Source: Candidatus Bathyarchaeota archaeon (GTDB lineage: Archaea > Thermoproteota > Bathyarchaeia > Bathyarchaeales > Bathycorpusculaceae). From it: a DNA stretch of 64,000 bases. The stretch spans positions 928,001-992,000 of the forward strand of contig OY970176.1 of assembly GCA_963707955.1 (NCBI GenBank), in the 5' to 3' direction. Positions 1 through 10,174 of the stretch are shown here, in pieces (position 1 is the stretch's first letter; every line of letters begins with the position of its first letter). Under the pieces are notes generated by a model. The model saw nothing but the letters and a program-made list of their open reading frames with translations, did no database searches and was not told where the DNA came from. Made by a program: the position numbers and the translations under genes.

Positions 1-33
1 TTAAATGAAACCTGAGCTGAGTTTAAGAGTGCA

Positions 34-564
34 TTGGAAAAGAGCATGGTAGTCGTGACTTCGTTCGTACTGCAACCCGAGTTCTTTGCACTCTTAGGAA
101 TCGACCTTTTTCTACTGCTGAGTCTGGTGAGCTGCCTATTGGATGAAAAGTTTCCGAAGGCGATACCGTACATCTATCAAATCGCCGCTATCTACGGGTT
201 TGGACATCTACTGATAAGCCGGAATTTCCTAGACATGTTCGGAGAGTACACGCGGTTCTGGTATTCATTTCTGTACCTCGTCATTGCTCTAGCCAACATA
301 GTTGCCGTGAACATCTACTTCGCCGTGCTGAAAAGACAAAACACTATCGCGACGATATGGTCAGGCACAATCACCTTCCCATCGATCCTTGTGGCCGTAT
401 ACTTTGTGATGCAGTACAGTTCGATGCAAAACTCCATGCCTTCAATAATGCTGCAGATAAGCCTGCTGATTTCTGCGTGCGCGATAGGGCTAAGCCTCGT
501 CATTCTGGCACGACCGGAAATCATCAGTAAACTGCTACGCAAAAAGAAGGAGGTGATTCGATGA
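34..564 (+). CDS. hypothetical multi-pass membrane protein
   Basis: 176-aa ORF with about 5 hydrophobic segments; stop overlaps the next ATG (ATGA); TTAAAT TATA-like element at the window start. Confidence 0.75.
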   Translation: MEKSMVVVTSFVLQPEFFALLGIDLFLLLSLVSCLLDEKFPKAIPYIYQIAAIYGFGHLLISRNFLDMFGEYTRFWYSFLYLVIALANIVAVNIYFAVLKRQNTIATIWSGTITFPSILVAVYFVMQYSSMQNSMPSIMLQISLLISACAIGLSLVILARPEIISKLLRKKKEVIR

Positions 565-1130
565 ATTTGAGAAACAATCGTTTTGCCAAGAAATCGGTGA
601 AACTACTGATACTATTCCTATTATCAATGCTTATCGCATCGGCGAGCGCAGCGGTCTACTATTCAATGTTAATGCAACCAAGCGTGACAATAACTGGCGC
701 GACAGTAGTGTTTGTTGCTGGAGGTGACTTTCCCGCTGGATCGACCATGGGAAGCAACGCAACTTGGGTCAGCCTAGCCCTCAAAGCATATCCTAACGCG
801 ACGTTGACATATGACGAGCCACTCAACATCAGCAATACCGATACTTCCCCCCACAATTTCAGACTACGCAGCGTTTCGATTTCACCCACTAATGGAACCT
901 CTTCAAATGGTAACTTCACATCCATCAACTTCATTGTCGAAAACCCATCTGGAGTCGCACAAGCTTACTTCTACTACAACACCACAGGCAACAATTGGAA
1001 CACTCCACCCACAACGTCATACATGACATTGCCAGCAAACACCATGTGGATACTCTACGTTCAGACACAGGCAGCCGCTGGTGCAAACGCCGCCACAGCA
1101 AACCTAGTGATATCGGTAGACGTGCAGTAG
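561..1130 (+). CDS. secreted beta-rich surface protein (possible filament subunit)
   Basis: GGAGGTGA RBS; basic plus hydrophobic signal peptide ending ASA-A; Thr/Asn/Ser-rich mature part with N-x-S/T sequons. Confidence 0.75.
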   Translation: MNLRNNRFAKKSVKLLILFLLSMLIASASAAVYYSMLMQPSVTITGATVVFVAGGDFPAGSTMGSNATWVSLALKAYPNATLTYDEPLNISNTDTSPHNFRLRSVSISPTNGTSSNGNFTSINFIVENPSGVAQAYFYYNTTGNNWNTPPTTSYMTLPANTMWILYVQTQAAAGANAATANLVISVDVQ

Positions 1131-1175
1131 TTCACCTCCCCCCTTTTTCCTTTTGTCTAACAAGGAAGATCCAAC

Positions 1176-2741
1176 ATGGAAACGCATCGCATACGGAAGC
1201 GTCACTCATTTGTCGTTTGCATAGTGCTAACTCTGTTTCTCATCATAGGTCTTTTTGCCTCAGATGCTTTTGCTGCAACCCACTACCCACTTCTAAATCA
1301 GCCCAGTACGACAATTGCTGCGCCTTCTGTTCTTCTACAGGCTGGTACAGCTGGCGCCAGCACCATCTACACGAACAGCACGAGCGCTTTAGTCCAAGTT
1401 TCGGCAGCAGCCACTCAGAACTGGCTTGCCGGCTGGAGTTACAGGCAGCAGCACAACATAACGAGTGCAAACGGTGCCGACGTGGGTTATCAGTTCAATA
1501 TCACAATTTCCAATGCGACGGGGACAAGCAAGGGAAACGTTTGCTATGCTAATGGACACGTTCGGAACAGCGATTTTTCAGACGTCAGAGTTACTGCTAG
1601 TGACGGAATCACTCTGCTCAGCATCTGGAACGAAACGGTAAACTCTGGAACTAACGCAACCATCTGGTTCAAGGACACTGACAACCTCACAAGCACCAAC
1701 AGCACCGTATATGTGTACTACGGCAATGCTGGTGCCCCATACGTAGGGAATGGAACAAACACTTTCTTGTTCTTCGATGATTTATCCTCTGGAACCTTGG
1801 GAAAATACAACATTCAACAAACAGGCACGGGTGGGTCATTAAGCGTTGATACAACTCGCGGCAACCCAGCACCTTCAATTAAAGGTTCAGTATCAGGCGG
1901 TACTGCCGCGTCAAGCACCTGGACAATAGCTGGAAACTCGAGTTCTTTCATGCCAAACAACTATAGGGTGGACATGGATGTCAACCTGACAGGGGTATCT
2001 GCACTTGTAGACTTGTTAACGAATTTTCAAGCATCCAACGGACCATTTTATGTTTTTAGGTTTGACAACAGGTCAACGTATTACGACCTGATTGGGGCTT
2101 ATCCTTCTGGTAATACAACTACTACAGTACTGAATCAAACCAGCATAAGTTCATCAACTGGAACATGGCTTCACATGAGCGCAATAAGAACTGGAGCCAA
2201 TTTGTCCTTGTATAAAGGAGGGAGTTTGCAAGGTTTAGGTACACTCGAAGCGACTTATACGACAAATCAAACATATCAATACAGTGGCGGAGGAATTGCC
2301 GTAACGACTGATGGCGCAACATCCACTGACTGGTTTGATAATATAATAGTACGCAGTTATGTGAGCCCGGAGCCAGCGCAGGGAGCGTGGGGAACAGAGC
2401 AATCTGCCGATGTGCTTAGTGTTGTCAATCAAGCAACAGCCAGTTGGAATGTGAGCTTACAAGTCTACGGGAGCTCAAACATTGCTCGTTTGTCAAGCGC
2501 ATTCATAGGTTTCAACGACGGCACCTCGAGCACCCAGATAGTGGTTAATAGCGGGAGTGTAACTCAGTCACAAGGAGCATTATGCAACCTGCCAGGAGGC
2601 TCAGGATCCACCATATTCATAAGTATGAGCAACCTCGTAGCAAACGTGACTGGAACGTCATATCTGTATGTTTACTTGGAAATCCTTACGCCAAACACGT
2701 CCACATTCTTACTTTACACAATAACTTTTGCAATCACTTGA
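1176..2741 (+). CDS. secreted DUF2341-domain surface protein
   Basis: Signal peptide; WLAGWSYRQ..., DFSDVRVT..DG..L..W, VYVYYGN, FLFFDD motifs typical of DUF2341, followed by a ConA/LamG-like region. Confidence 0.8.
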   Translation: METHRIRKRHSFVVCIVLTLFLIIGLFASDAFAATHYPLLNQPSTTIAAPSVLLQAGTAGASTIYTNSTSALVQVSAAATQNWLAGWSYRQQHNITSANGADVGYQFNITISNATGTSKGNVCYANGHVRNSDFSDVRVTASDGITLLSIWNETVNSGTNATIWFKDTDNLTSTNSTVYVYYGNAGAPYVGNGTNTFLFFDDLSSGTLGKYNIQQTGTGGSLSVDTTRGNPAPSIKGSVSGGTAASSTWTIAGNSSSFMPNNYRVDMDVNLTGVSALVDLLTNFQASNGPFYVFRFDNRSTYYDLIGAYPSGNTTTTVLNQTSISSSTGTWLHMSAIRTGANLSLYKGGSLQGLGTLEATYTTNQTYQYSGGGIAVTTDGATSTDWFDNIIVRSYVSPEPAQGAWGTEQSADVLSVVNQATASWNVSLQVYGSSNIARLSSAFIGFNDGTSSTQIVVNSGSVTQSQGALCNLPGGSGSTIFISMSNLVANVTGTSYLYVYLEILTPNTSTFLLYTITFAIT

Positions 2742-2938
2742 GCGTACGCTCCTGAAAGAAAGAGGCGTCACACCTATCTTGAATGGTCAGAGGCTGATGA
2801 TCAAGGGATAGGTTTCTCGCCTGCTTTAGCGCGCGCGATAGAGAAAGTTCGCGAAATCAGAAACGAAATAGAAAAGAATCCAAGAGTTACTGGACCCTGT
2901 TAGAAGCCGATGTGTGAGTGTCTCAGATAGGCGCTGCG

Positions 2939-3700
2939 CTATTGCACGCTCCTGCAGCACGCCGGGTTGTCATAGTAGTCTCTGGCGACTCGAATCATGT
3001 TGTGGTCCTGCGTCAGCATGGCTGTTTCGTCCATCCAGTCTGACAGCGTCAAGAGAGTGTTCAAATCAGAGATGAGCATTCCAACCGAGCAACAGAGTAA
3101 GCGTACATCGCCAAGGTTTGAAGAGTCTTCTTTCTCGAAAACTTCTTGCGTTACGGCGATGTTCAGTTTGACTCTCCGCTTTTCCTCTGCCTCTTTTAAC
3201 GACTCCTTGAGCTCTCTGAGAACTGCCGGAACTGAAATGAAAATCGTTATTTCTTTTCGGGCTGCTTCAATCAGGGCTTTCATCCTGTTAATGATGTTCT
3301 TTTGCCCGCGAATGATGTAAGCCACTTCCAGTTCCTCCGACTTGTCGGCGCTTTCATATATCGGTGTCAAAACGTCAACCAAAACATCTGCTTCCATCAT
3401 TTTTTCGTTGAACGCTTCGCTTATTTGCTGTTTCAGACTGGCGACGGCTTCCTTTGGCGGCACTGGATGATAGACGTTTGGGTTGCCCCTCTGCACCACG
3501 AGCATGCCCTTCTTGGACAGCCCATCTAAGGCATGGTAGATTTTTGAGTCAGGGATGCCTGTTTCCTTGCACAGCGCGCCCGCGGTCATGTTGGAATGCG
3601 TCAAGAGCGTAACGTAGGCCATCGCTTCCTGGGTCGGCAACTCGAGCTCTTTAAGCCGTGAAACCATTCTTTCTCGAACGACCGTTTCTGTTATGTTCAC
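2939..3700 (-). CDS. TrmB-family transcriptional regulator with vicinal Cys pairs
   Basis: N-terminal TrmB wHTH (EAMAYVTLL...TGIPDSKIYHALDGLSKKG); C-terminal effector domain with LLCCS and PACCRS. Confidence 0.85.
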   Translation of the reverse strand: MNITETVVRERMVSRLKELELPTQEAMAYVTLLTHSNMTAGALCKETGIPDSKIYHALDGLSKKGMLVVQRGNPNVYHPVPPKEAVASLKQQISEAFNEKMMEADVLVDVLTPIYESADKSEELEVAYIIRGQKNIINRMKALIEAARKEITIFISVPAVLRELKESLKEAEEKRRVKLNIAVTQEVFEKEDSSNLGDVRLLCCSVGMLISDLNTLLTLSDWMDETAMLTQDHNMIRVARDYYDNPACCRSVQ

Positions 3701-3750
3701 GAGGGGTCCCCCTTTTTCTAATGAGCGGTTGTCAGAGAACCCTTAAATAG

Positions 3751-3778
3751 TTTACTACTACCCAAAAGTAGTAGTAAA
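3751..3778. promoter_or_regulatory. perfect 11-bp inverted repeat, putative operator
   Basis: TTTACTACTAC-CCAAAA-GTAGTAGTAAA directly after TATA-like TTAAATA (3743-3749), between the divergent trmB-like and cmd genes. Confidence 0.75.
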
Positions 3779-3794
3779 AACGGGGCAACCTGAC

Positions 3795-4091
3795 TTGGAA
3801 GACAAAATCAAGTTGTTGATAGCCGTCGGGGCTTCCGTCACGGCGAATTGCCAGCCATGTCTCAAGACCGCCGTCACTCAGGCTCAGTCAGTAGGAGTAG
3901 ATAAGAAGGAAATCATCGAAGCAATCGCGATAGGAAGAGTTGTCAGAAGGGGAGCGTTTGGTAAAATGGACAAATTCGCTTCCAGTGTTACCGGAAAGCC
4001 TGTGGAAAAGTCGGACGATTGTCCGTTTGGCTCGACGGAAGAGGATGTCAAAGAATGGGTGGAGGAGGACGATCAGTGTGGTTGCAAGTGA
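3795..4091 (+). CDS. carboxymuconolactone decarboxylase/AhpD-like small protein
   Basis: LIAVGASVTANCQPCL CxxC motif of the CMD family; Cys-containing tail. Confidence 0.8.
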   Translation: MEDKIKLLIAVGASVTANCQPCLKTAVTQAQSVGVDKKEIIEAIAIGRVVRRGAFGKMDKFASSVTGKPVEKSDDCPFGSTEEDVKEWVEEDDQCGCK

Positions 4092-4167
4092 AAGATTGGA
4101 CCTTTGAGGACAAGGCCCAAGACTTGCTAAGTAGCGCGTGCAAGCCATCATGTGGGAGGTGATCTTC

Positions 4168-5013
4168 ATGGAAGAAGAAAAAGTGAAGAAGATAGTTCGA
4201 GAAGGCTACGCAAAGATCGCCAAGAAAGACAAGTCCTGCAGCGGCACATCAACTTCCTGTTGTTCCAACGGCTCCGACATGAGCAAGGAGATCACCAGAA
4301 GAATAGGCTACACTGAAGAAGAAATAGCCTCAGTTCCAGAAGGCGCAAACCTTGGCCTAGGATGCGGAAATCCTGTCGCGCTAGCTTCTCTGAAGAAAGG
4401 ACAAACTGTACTGGACCTCGGCTCAGGCGGAGGGTTTGACTGTTTTCTAGCAGCAAACAGAGTTGGAAAAGACGGCAAGGTCATTGGCGTGGACATGACA
4501 CCTGAAATGATTGACAATGCCAGAGAGAATGCGCGGAAAGGCAAGTACGAAAACGTTGAGTTCAGACTTGGAGAAATCGAAAATCTGCCTGTGGCAGACG
4601 GCACAGTTGACGTTGTTATCTCAAACTGCGTGATCAACCTGTCGCCGAACAAGAGGCGCGTGTTTGAAGAGGCCTTCAGAGTTCTAAAACCTAACGGAAA
4701 ACTGATGGTCTCCGACATCGTGCTTCTGAAGCAGCTCCCAGAAATCATAAGAAAAAACGTTCAAGCATACATCGGATGCCTCTCAGGCGCCGAAATGAAG
4801 AACAAATACCTGCAAATGATAGGAGACGCTGGTTTTCAAGAAGTCAAAGTCATCGAAGAGAATTACTTCCAAGTCGAAAACATGGCCAACGATCCGACCG
4901 CGCAATCAATAGTCAAGAAATCGGAGATATCCCCTGACAGAATCAAGAAAATCGCCAAAGCCGTGGCAAGCGTAAGAGTCTCCGGGGTCAAACCCACTAG
5001 TAGCGCGCGCTGA
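4168..5013 (+). CDS. arsM: arsenite S-adenosylmethionine methyltransferase
   Basis: GGAGGTGA RBS; N-terminal SCC, NLGLGCGNP, LDLGSGGGFDC, ISNCVINL, YIGC motifs. Confidence 0.92.
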   Translation: MEEEKVKKIVREGYAKIAKKDKSCSGTSTSCCSNGSDMSKEITRRIGYTEEEIASVPEGANLGLGCGNPVALASLKKGQTVLDLGSGGGFDCFLAANRVGKDGKVIGVDMTPEMIDNARENARKGKYENVEFRLGEIENLPVADGTVDVVISNCVINLSPNKRRVFEEAFRVLKPNGKLMVSDIVLLKQLPEIIRKNVQAYIGCLSGAEMKNKYLQMIGDAGFQEVKVIEENYFQVENMANDPTAQSIVKKSEISPDRIKKIAKAVASVRVSGVKPTSSAR

Positions 5014-5226
5014 GAGCGCAGGCGTGCTAACTTGGGCGTTCGTGTTGTTCGTGGAGAATGTTTCGCTTCCTTGCGTTCCAGGCTGCAAGATTACGTTGAT
5101 TGGCGATACGACAGAAAAGGACGTTTGGGAAGAGTTCCTGTTCTGTATGCTGCCATTCACGCGCGTGACCACAGTGACAAACAGGGTAATCGCCAAGACT
5201 GTGGCAAAGCAATATCCTCCTTTCAC
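5011..5226 (-). pseudogene. N-terminal fragment of a secreted protein paralogous to 1176..2741
   Basis: Signal peptide then SPINVILQPGTQGSETFSTNNTNAQVS, resembling APSVLLQAGTAGASTIYTNSTSALVQVS; similarity stops at the GC tract at 5003-5010. Confidence 0.5.
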
Positions 5227-5643
5227 AGCTTTTCACGCATGACACGCTGACCCATCAATAAGAAAGCAAGGCAGACTTAGCATTAGGAATACCTCAACGC
5301 ATAGAGGTACAACAGCTCTAGATGTAGCCGAGACAGAGATGGTACATCCTGCCATATCGCCCACAAGCGCACTCTTCGTGTAAAAAGCGAGGTCTTCGTC
5401 AAATAAACCGTGTGAATTCAGAATATTGATTTGAGTTGGCCTCTGTCTGACTAGATCAAGCTATCTTCTCTCTTGGTCATGCCGCACGGTTCTTCTTTCT
5501 TCAGAATCTGCCGCGCTTTATTGTTTCAAGCGCGGATCCTACTCAACAGGAAAACCAAACAAAACAAACAGGAGACTGAGCCCTCTAGAAAACGACCATC
5601 CACTTGAATGGGAAACGTTTCAAAAAAAAGAGTGGAGGATAGT

Positions 5644-6223
5644 CTAGCTGGCGGGTTGTATGTTGAAGGGTAGCACCGCGTACGCCTGCGTGCCTGTCGC
5701 GTTGATTGCTTCGTATCCTAGCATCTCGTTGATGCTGAAGTTCGCGTTACTGAACACGTTGCTCTCCAACACGTAAACCGTCACGTTTTGCCCAGTATTC
5801 GCGAACGTGCCGTTGAACAATGCGGCTCTGCCCACGACTTCGTTGCTCAATGTCCAATCTTTGGGAAGCAAGACTCGGACCTGACCCATGCCAGTGTCCA
5901 AGATAAGCATACCTCTAAGCTCTGAGACCACGGTTCCCTGAACCGTTGAGAGCGTAGCGTTCTGCAAAAGCCCTTCAGTCAGATAAAGACCGTTCTCCCG
6001 CATTTGAGGCATGCGCGTCATTTGACCCCATGGTATCGTAAAGTTGTCCGGCAGAGTAATGTTGTGCGACTGGAAAAAGGTCTGCATGTTCTGAATGCCC
6101 ATCTGTTGCTCATTAGCATTAGTCTGTGGTGCCGTTCTGCGAGCATGCGTACACGAAGGCTACAGCGCCCAGTGCGATGAACAAAACCGCAGCTACAGCA
6201 GCTATCTTTAAACTTTTCCTCAT
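5644..6223 (-). CDS. secreted/membrane-anchored hypothetical protein (apparent 1-nt frameshift near 6123)
   Basis: MRKSLKIAAVAAVLFIALGAVAFVYA signal starting at 6223 with GGTGA RBS joins the 5644..6102 ORF if one base at 6123 is removed. Confidence 0.7.
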
Positions 6224-6389
6224 TCTTTCACATCACCAAGCGATCAGCAGACCGCAGGCTACGTATAAAGTGTTTTTCAGAATTAGACCCGATTCTATCA
6301 CTAATCTGACCATGCGCTCGGCACATCTGACCGTTAGAAATTGAAGGGACATGTTCATTACGCCAGTTCAAGCGGTTCAGCTCTGATCC

Positions 6390-6415
6390 GCCTCTAGAAG
6401 CTGGAAACAGCCAAC
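6390..6415 (+). repeat. 26-bp direct repeat copy 1
   Basis: GCCTCTAGAAGCTGGAAACAGCCAAC; 23/26 identical to 10041-10066. Confidence 0.6.
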
Positions 6416-6530
6416 AGTGCGCGCTGACCATAGAAACAGGTGATAGAGATTAGGAATTCATAAGTCATTTATTGGCGTTTGCTACCACGTGTCTTTAAAC
6501 CGATGATGCAACAATACGCGGAGATTCTGG

Positions 6531-6716
6531 TTGTCCAAAAAGGATTTCGACGAAATTCCACGCAGGGCGGTCAATGAGGGATTATCTGCTAGAGGAGAGT
6601 CCGTTGAGCAGTCGGTCCATTTTCACGCGGAAAGCTCCTTTGCAGAATGCATTATTGCTGCCGAAAGTTGCTTCCCGCAGAGAAACAGAATCAAGAACGA
6701 CGGCGGAGCTGGCTGA
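6531..6716 (+). pseudogene. degenerate small protein of the type often found next to archaeal two-component genes
   Basis: RRAVNEGLSARGESVEQSVHFH resembles the recalled EAVDEGLSSLGES..AIYFH motif; short and apparently decayed. Confidence 0.35.
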
Positions 6717-6779
6717 ATGATAAGAAGAGGAGCGAAGTTACCGGGACATGCGCGGAGGGTCAAAAGCAAGAAAAGGCGC

Positions 6780-9484
6780 ATGGTTGAATATCATCAGTTT
6801 TATGAAGAACTAGTGCAGAGTGTTCAAATTGGCCTAGATGTTTGGAAGCTTGAAAACGCAGATGACTTGGGCTCCTTCAGGCTTGTTCTGTCCAATCCTG
6901 CGGCGGAAAAGGCAACTGGAGTACCAAGAAAAAAGGTTCTGGGAAAAACTCTTGCTGAGATCTATCCTGCTCTTCTCAAGACAGAGATTCCGAAGATCTG
7001 GGTGGAAGTCATTCAAACTGGCGAGACGAGGGAACTGGAGGAATTTCACTATGGCGATGAACGCATTTCCAACAAAGTCTTTCATCTGAAGGTTTTGCCG
7101 CTTCCCAACAACTGCGTTGGCTTGGCCGTAGAAGACATCACTGAACGCAGGAAAGCTGAAGAAGCTCTAAGCGAGTCTGAGAGGAAGTACAGAAGCGTCG
7201 TTGACAACATAGCCGTTGGCATCCTAGTGATAGGTTCGAACAAGGAGATTCTGGCTTCAAACGCCCAGATGAAAAAGTGGTTCCCGGATGTCGAGGTTTC
7301 GAAGAACCTGTTTGCTTCAGGGCTTTCAACAATCCTCCTCGAGATGGCATCTGCTCCTATTGTCCGACGTACAAGACGCTGGTAGACGGGCAAGTGCATG
7401 AATCGATTAAGAGTGCTTCTGTGCGCGGCGAGACCATGCATTTTAGGGTGACATCGTCTCCGATTAAGGATAAGGATGGCAAAGTCATTGAAGCCATTGA
7501 GATGGTGGAGGATGTCACTGAACGTATTCGGTTGGAGAAGGAGCTTAAGTCTCATTCTGAACGTTTAGAGAAACTGGTCAAAGAGAGAACGAGAGAGCTG
7601 GCGGAGGACGAAGAGCGTTCTAGAACGTTGAACCTGCTCGGTGGGAAGCTTAATGCTGCCAAGACGCTCGATGAGGTCTACAAATGGACATTAGACGCCA
7701 TGCATAAGACGTTGGGTTTCGAGCATGGCACATTCATGGCTATAGAGAAAAACAATCTTGTGATTCCGGGTCACCTGGGGCACACAAGACCTGTGCTTTC
7801 GAATCTGCGAATTGACGGAACAAGAGGCATAACTGTCAGGGCCGTAAAGACTCGTGAACCCATTCTTGTTTCAGACGTGAATAAAGAAAAAGATTACGTT
7901 GCAGTTTTCCCCGGCATTCAGTCAGAACTTGCTGTTCCAGTTCTTGGAGAAGACCGAGTACTGGGGGTTTTAGACGTGGAAAGCAGGAAACCCGGAGCAT
8001 TCAGCGAAAAAGACGCTACGTTGCTGCAGATTTTGGCTTCACATGCTGCAACGGCGATCAGCAACCAGTTGAAACGGATGGAGATTGAGAACCGCTCGTG
8101 CCAGATGGCTTCACTTATGAAAAGCTCGGCTGAGATGATTCACACCGCGGACTTACGGCGCCGCCTCCAAACGATCGCCGAGGCGATCAGAGAGTTCGGA
8201 TGGCGAAGAGTCGTCATCTCCTTGAGAGACGAAAACATGGAGATGAGAAGCCGAGATGACATGGTAGCCGTTGGCATAACGGATGAGGAAAGAGAATTTC
8301 TATGGAAAAACAGGCCCCCGGGACGCGTGGTCCGTGAGCGGCTGGGGCCAGAATATGAGCGTTTCAAAATCGGCGAATTCTTCTATCTTCCATGGAATGA
8401 TCCTTGGGTTAGAGAAAAGTACGGGTACAAGGCGAGTGTTCTGAGCCATCTTGAGCCTGAAGAGATGGTTGACTGGCATCCGCAAGACACTGTGTATGCT
8501 CCGCTTCGATTGGCTGACGGACGCGTCGTAGGTCGGCTAAGCATGGATGACCCTGTGGACGGAAGACGCCCGACTAAGGAGTCTTTGATGCCGTTGGAAC
8601 TTTTCTTGCATCAAGCAGCGGTCGCAATCGAGAATGCTCAGCTGATTCAGCAGTTGGATAGTGCCAAGGCCAAGATTTCGGAGTATGCCGGCGAGCTTGA
8701 AGTGAAGGTTCAAGAGCGGACAAAAGAGTTGATGGAAACTCAGGCGAAGTTGTTGAAGAATGAGAGGTTGGCGGCTATCGGCCAATTGGCGGGGATGGTT
8801 GGGCATGACCTGCGCAACCCACTTACAGGAATCGCTGGGGCAGCATATTACATTAAAGCAAATTCAAGGCCAAGGTTGGACCAGAGATCCAGGGAAATGC
8901 TTGATATCATTGAAGAAGGCGTTCAACGTTCAAACAAGATCATCGGCGATCTTTTGGAATACTCAAGGGAGATCAGACTTGAATTCTCGGAGACCACCCC
9001 GAAAGTGGTGCTGAAAGAGGTCTTGTCGCTTGTCAAGATTCGAAAAAACATTCACGTTAAGAACTTAACGAGAGACAACCCAAGGATCAGCGTTGACATC
9101 GAAAAAATGAGAAGAGTCTTCATCAACTTAATCAAGAACGCTGTCGAAGCTATGCCAAAAGGCGGGACACTGACAATAAGAAGCAAGAAATCAGACAACA
9201 ACGTAGAATTCTCTTTCACAGACACTGGAGAAGGCATGACAAAATGCGTACTTGACAAGCTTTGGAGCCCGCTTTTCACGACAAAGGCGAAAGGAATGGG
9301 CTTCGGCCTGCCGATCTGCAAACGAATGGTGGAGGCGCACAGGGGCAAGATCTCTGTTAAGAGTGCCATTGCCAAAGGATCCACGTTCACGATTACCGTT
9401 CCAATCAACCCTGTAACGGACGGAGGTGAACAGGTTTGGGTGAACATGCCAGAATCCTTGTTGTCGACGACGACAAAAGCATAA
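6780..9484 (+). CDS. PAS-PAS-GAF-GAF sensor histidine kinase (apparent 1-nt deletion near 7306)
   Basis: PAS repeats in 6717..7385 continue into 7277..9484; H-box GHDLRNPL, N-box NLIKNAVEA, G1 DTGEG, G2 GMGFGLPIC; start could also be 6717. Confidence 0.88.
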
Positions 9485-9913
9485 GAAAAACGTTAGAGGC
9501 AATACTCAAGGGCGAGGGCTACCACGTGCAAACTGCAGAAAACGGGAAGCAAGCCATAGAAAAGACCCACAGCGGCAATTACAATTTAGCATTGATAGAC
9601 ATTTGCCTGCCAGACATGGAAGGAACAGAGACTTCTGACAAAAATGAAAGACACGACGCCTAAGATGCGAAAGATAATCATCACAGGCTACCCATCCCTG
9701 CAAAACGCCGTTGAAGCTCTAAACAGGGAAGCAAACGCCTACATACTGAAACCTTTCGACGTCAAAGAGGTTCTTCAAACAATAAGAGAACAATTGAACA
9801 AACAAGAAGCAGAAAAAACGTTCAGCCAAGACAAAGTCACCGAGTTCATAGAGACGCGAGTAAAAGAACTGGAACCTCAGAAGAGCACAGCGAGCCGTAA
9901 TCGGCGCGCTTAA
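9436..9913 (+). CDS. stand-alone response regulator receiver (apparent 1-nt insertion at 9631)
   Basis: ILVVDDD...LIDICLPDMEG then IIITGY...YILKPF split over two frames. Confidence 0.88.
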
Positions 9914-10040
9914 ACGTTGCCAATCTTTTCCCTCGTGTGCAGCAGTCCAACTTTAAACCATTTTTGTATAGGGACATGCAGGCCCACCTTTCGACGCTAT
10001 GCAATTAGGCGTTTTAGACGCGTTCGGAGATAGCTAACCA

Positions 10041-10066
10041 GCCTCTGGAAGCTGGAAAAAACCAAC
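10041..10066 (+). repeat. 26-bp direct repeat copy 2
   Basis: GCCTCTGGAAGCTGGAAAAAACCAAC; matches 6390-6415. Confidence 0.6.
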
Positions 10067-10174
10067 TTGCCAGCCAATCCTGATTGCACGCACCATCGCG
10101 CGCTAGCGAATCGTTGACTCATCAGCAAAACCTATATTTATAGAGCAATCAAAGATGACTTGTGCACGGGAAAC

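Noticed and set aside
3795-5013. Selenocysteine/pyrrolysine read-through in the CMD or ArsM genes
   Set aside because: Redox positions are ordinary Cys codons and the stops fall at the expected protein ends.
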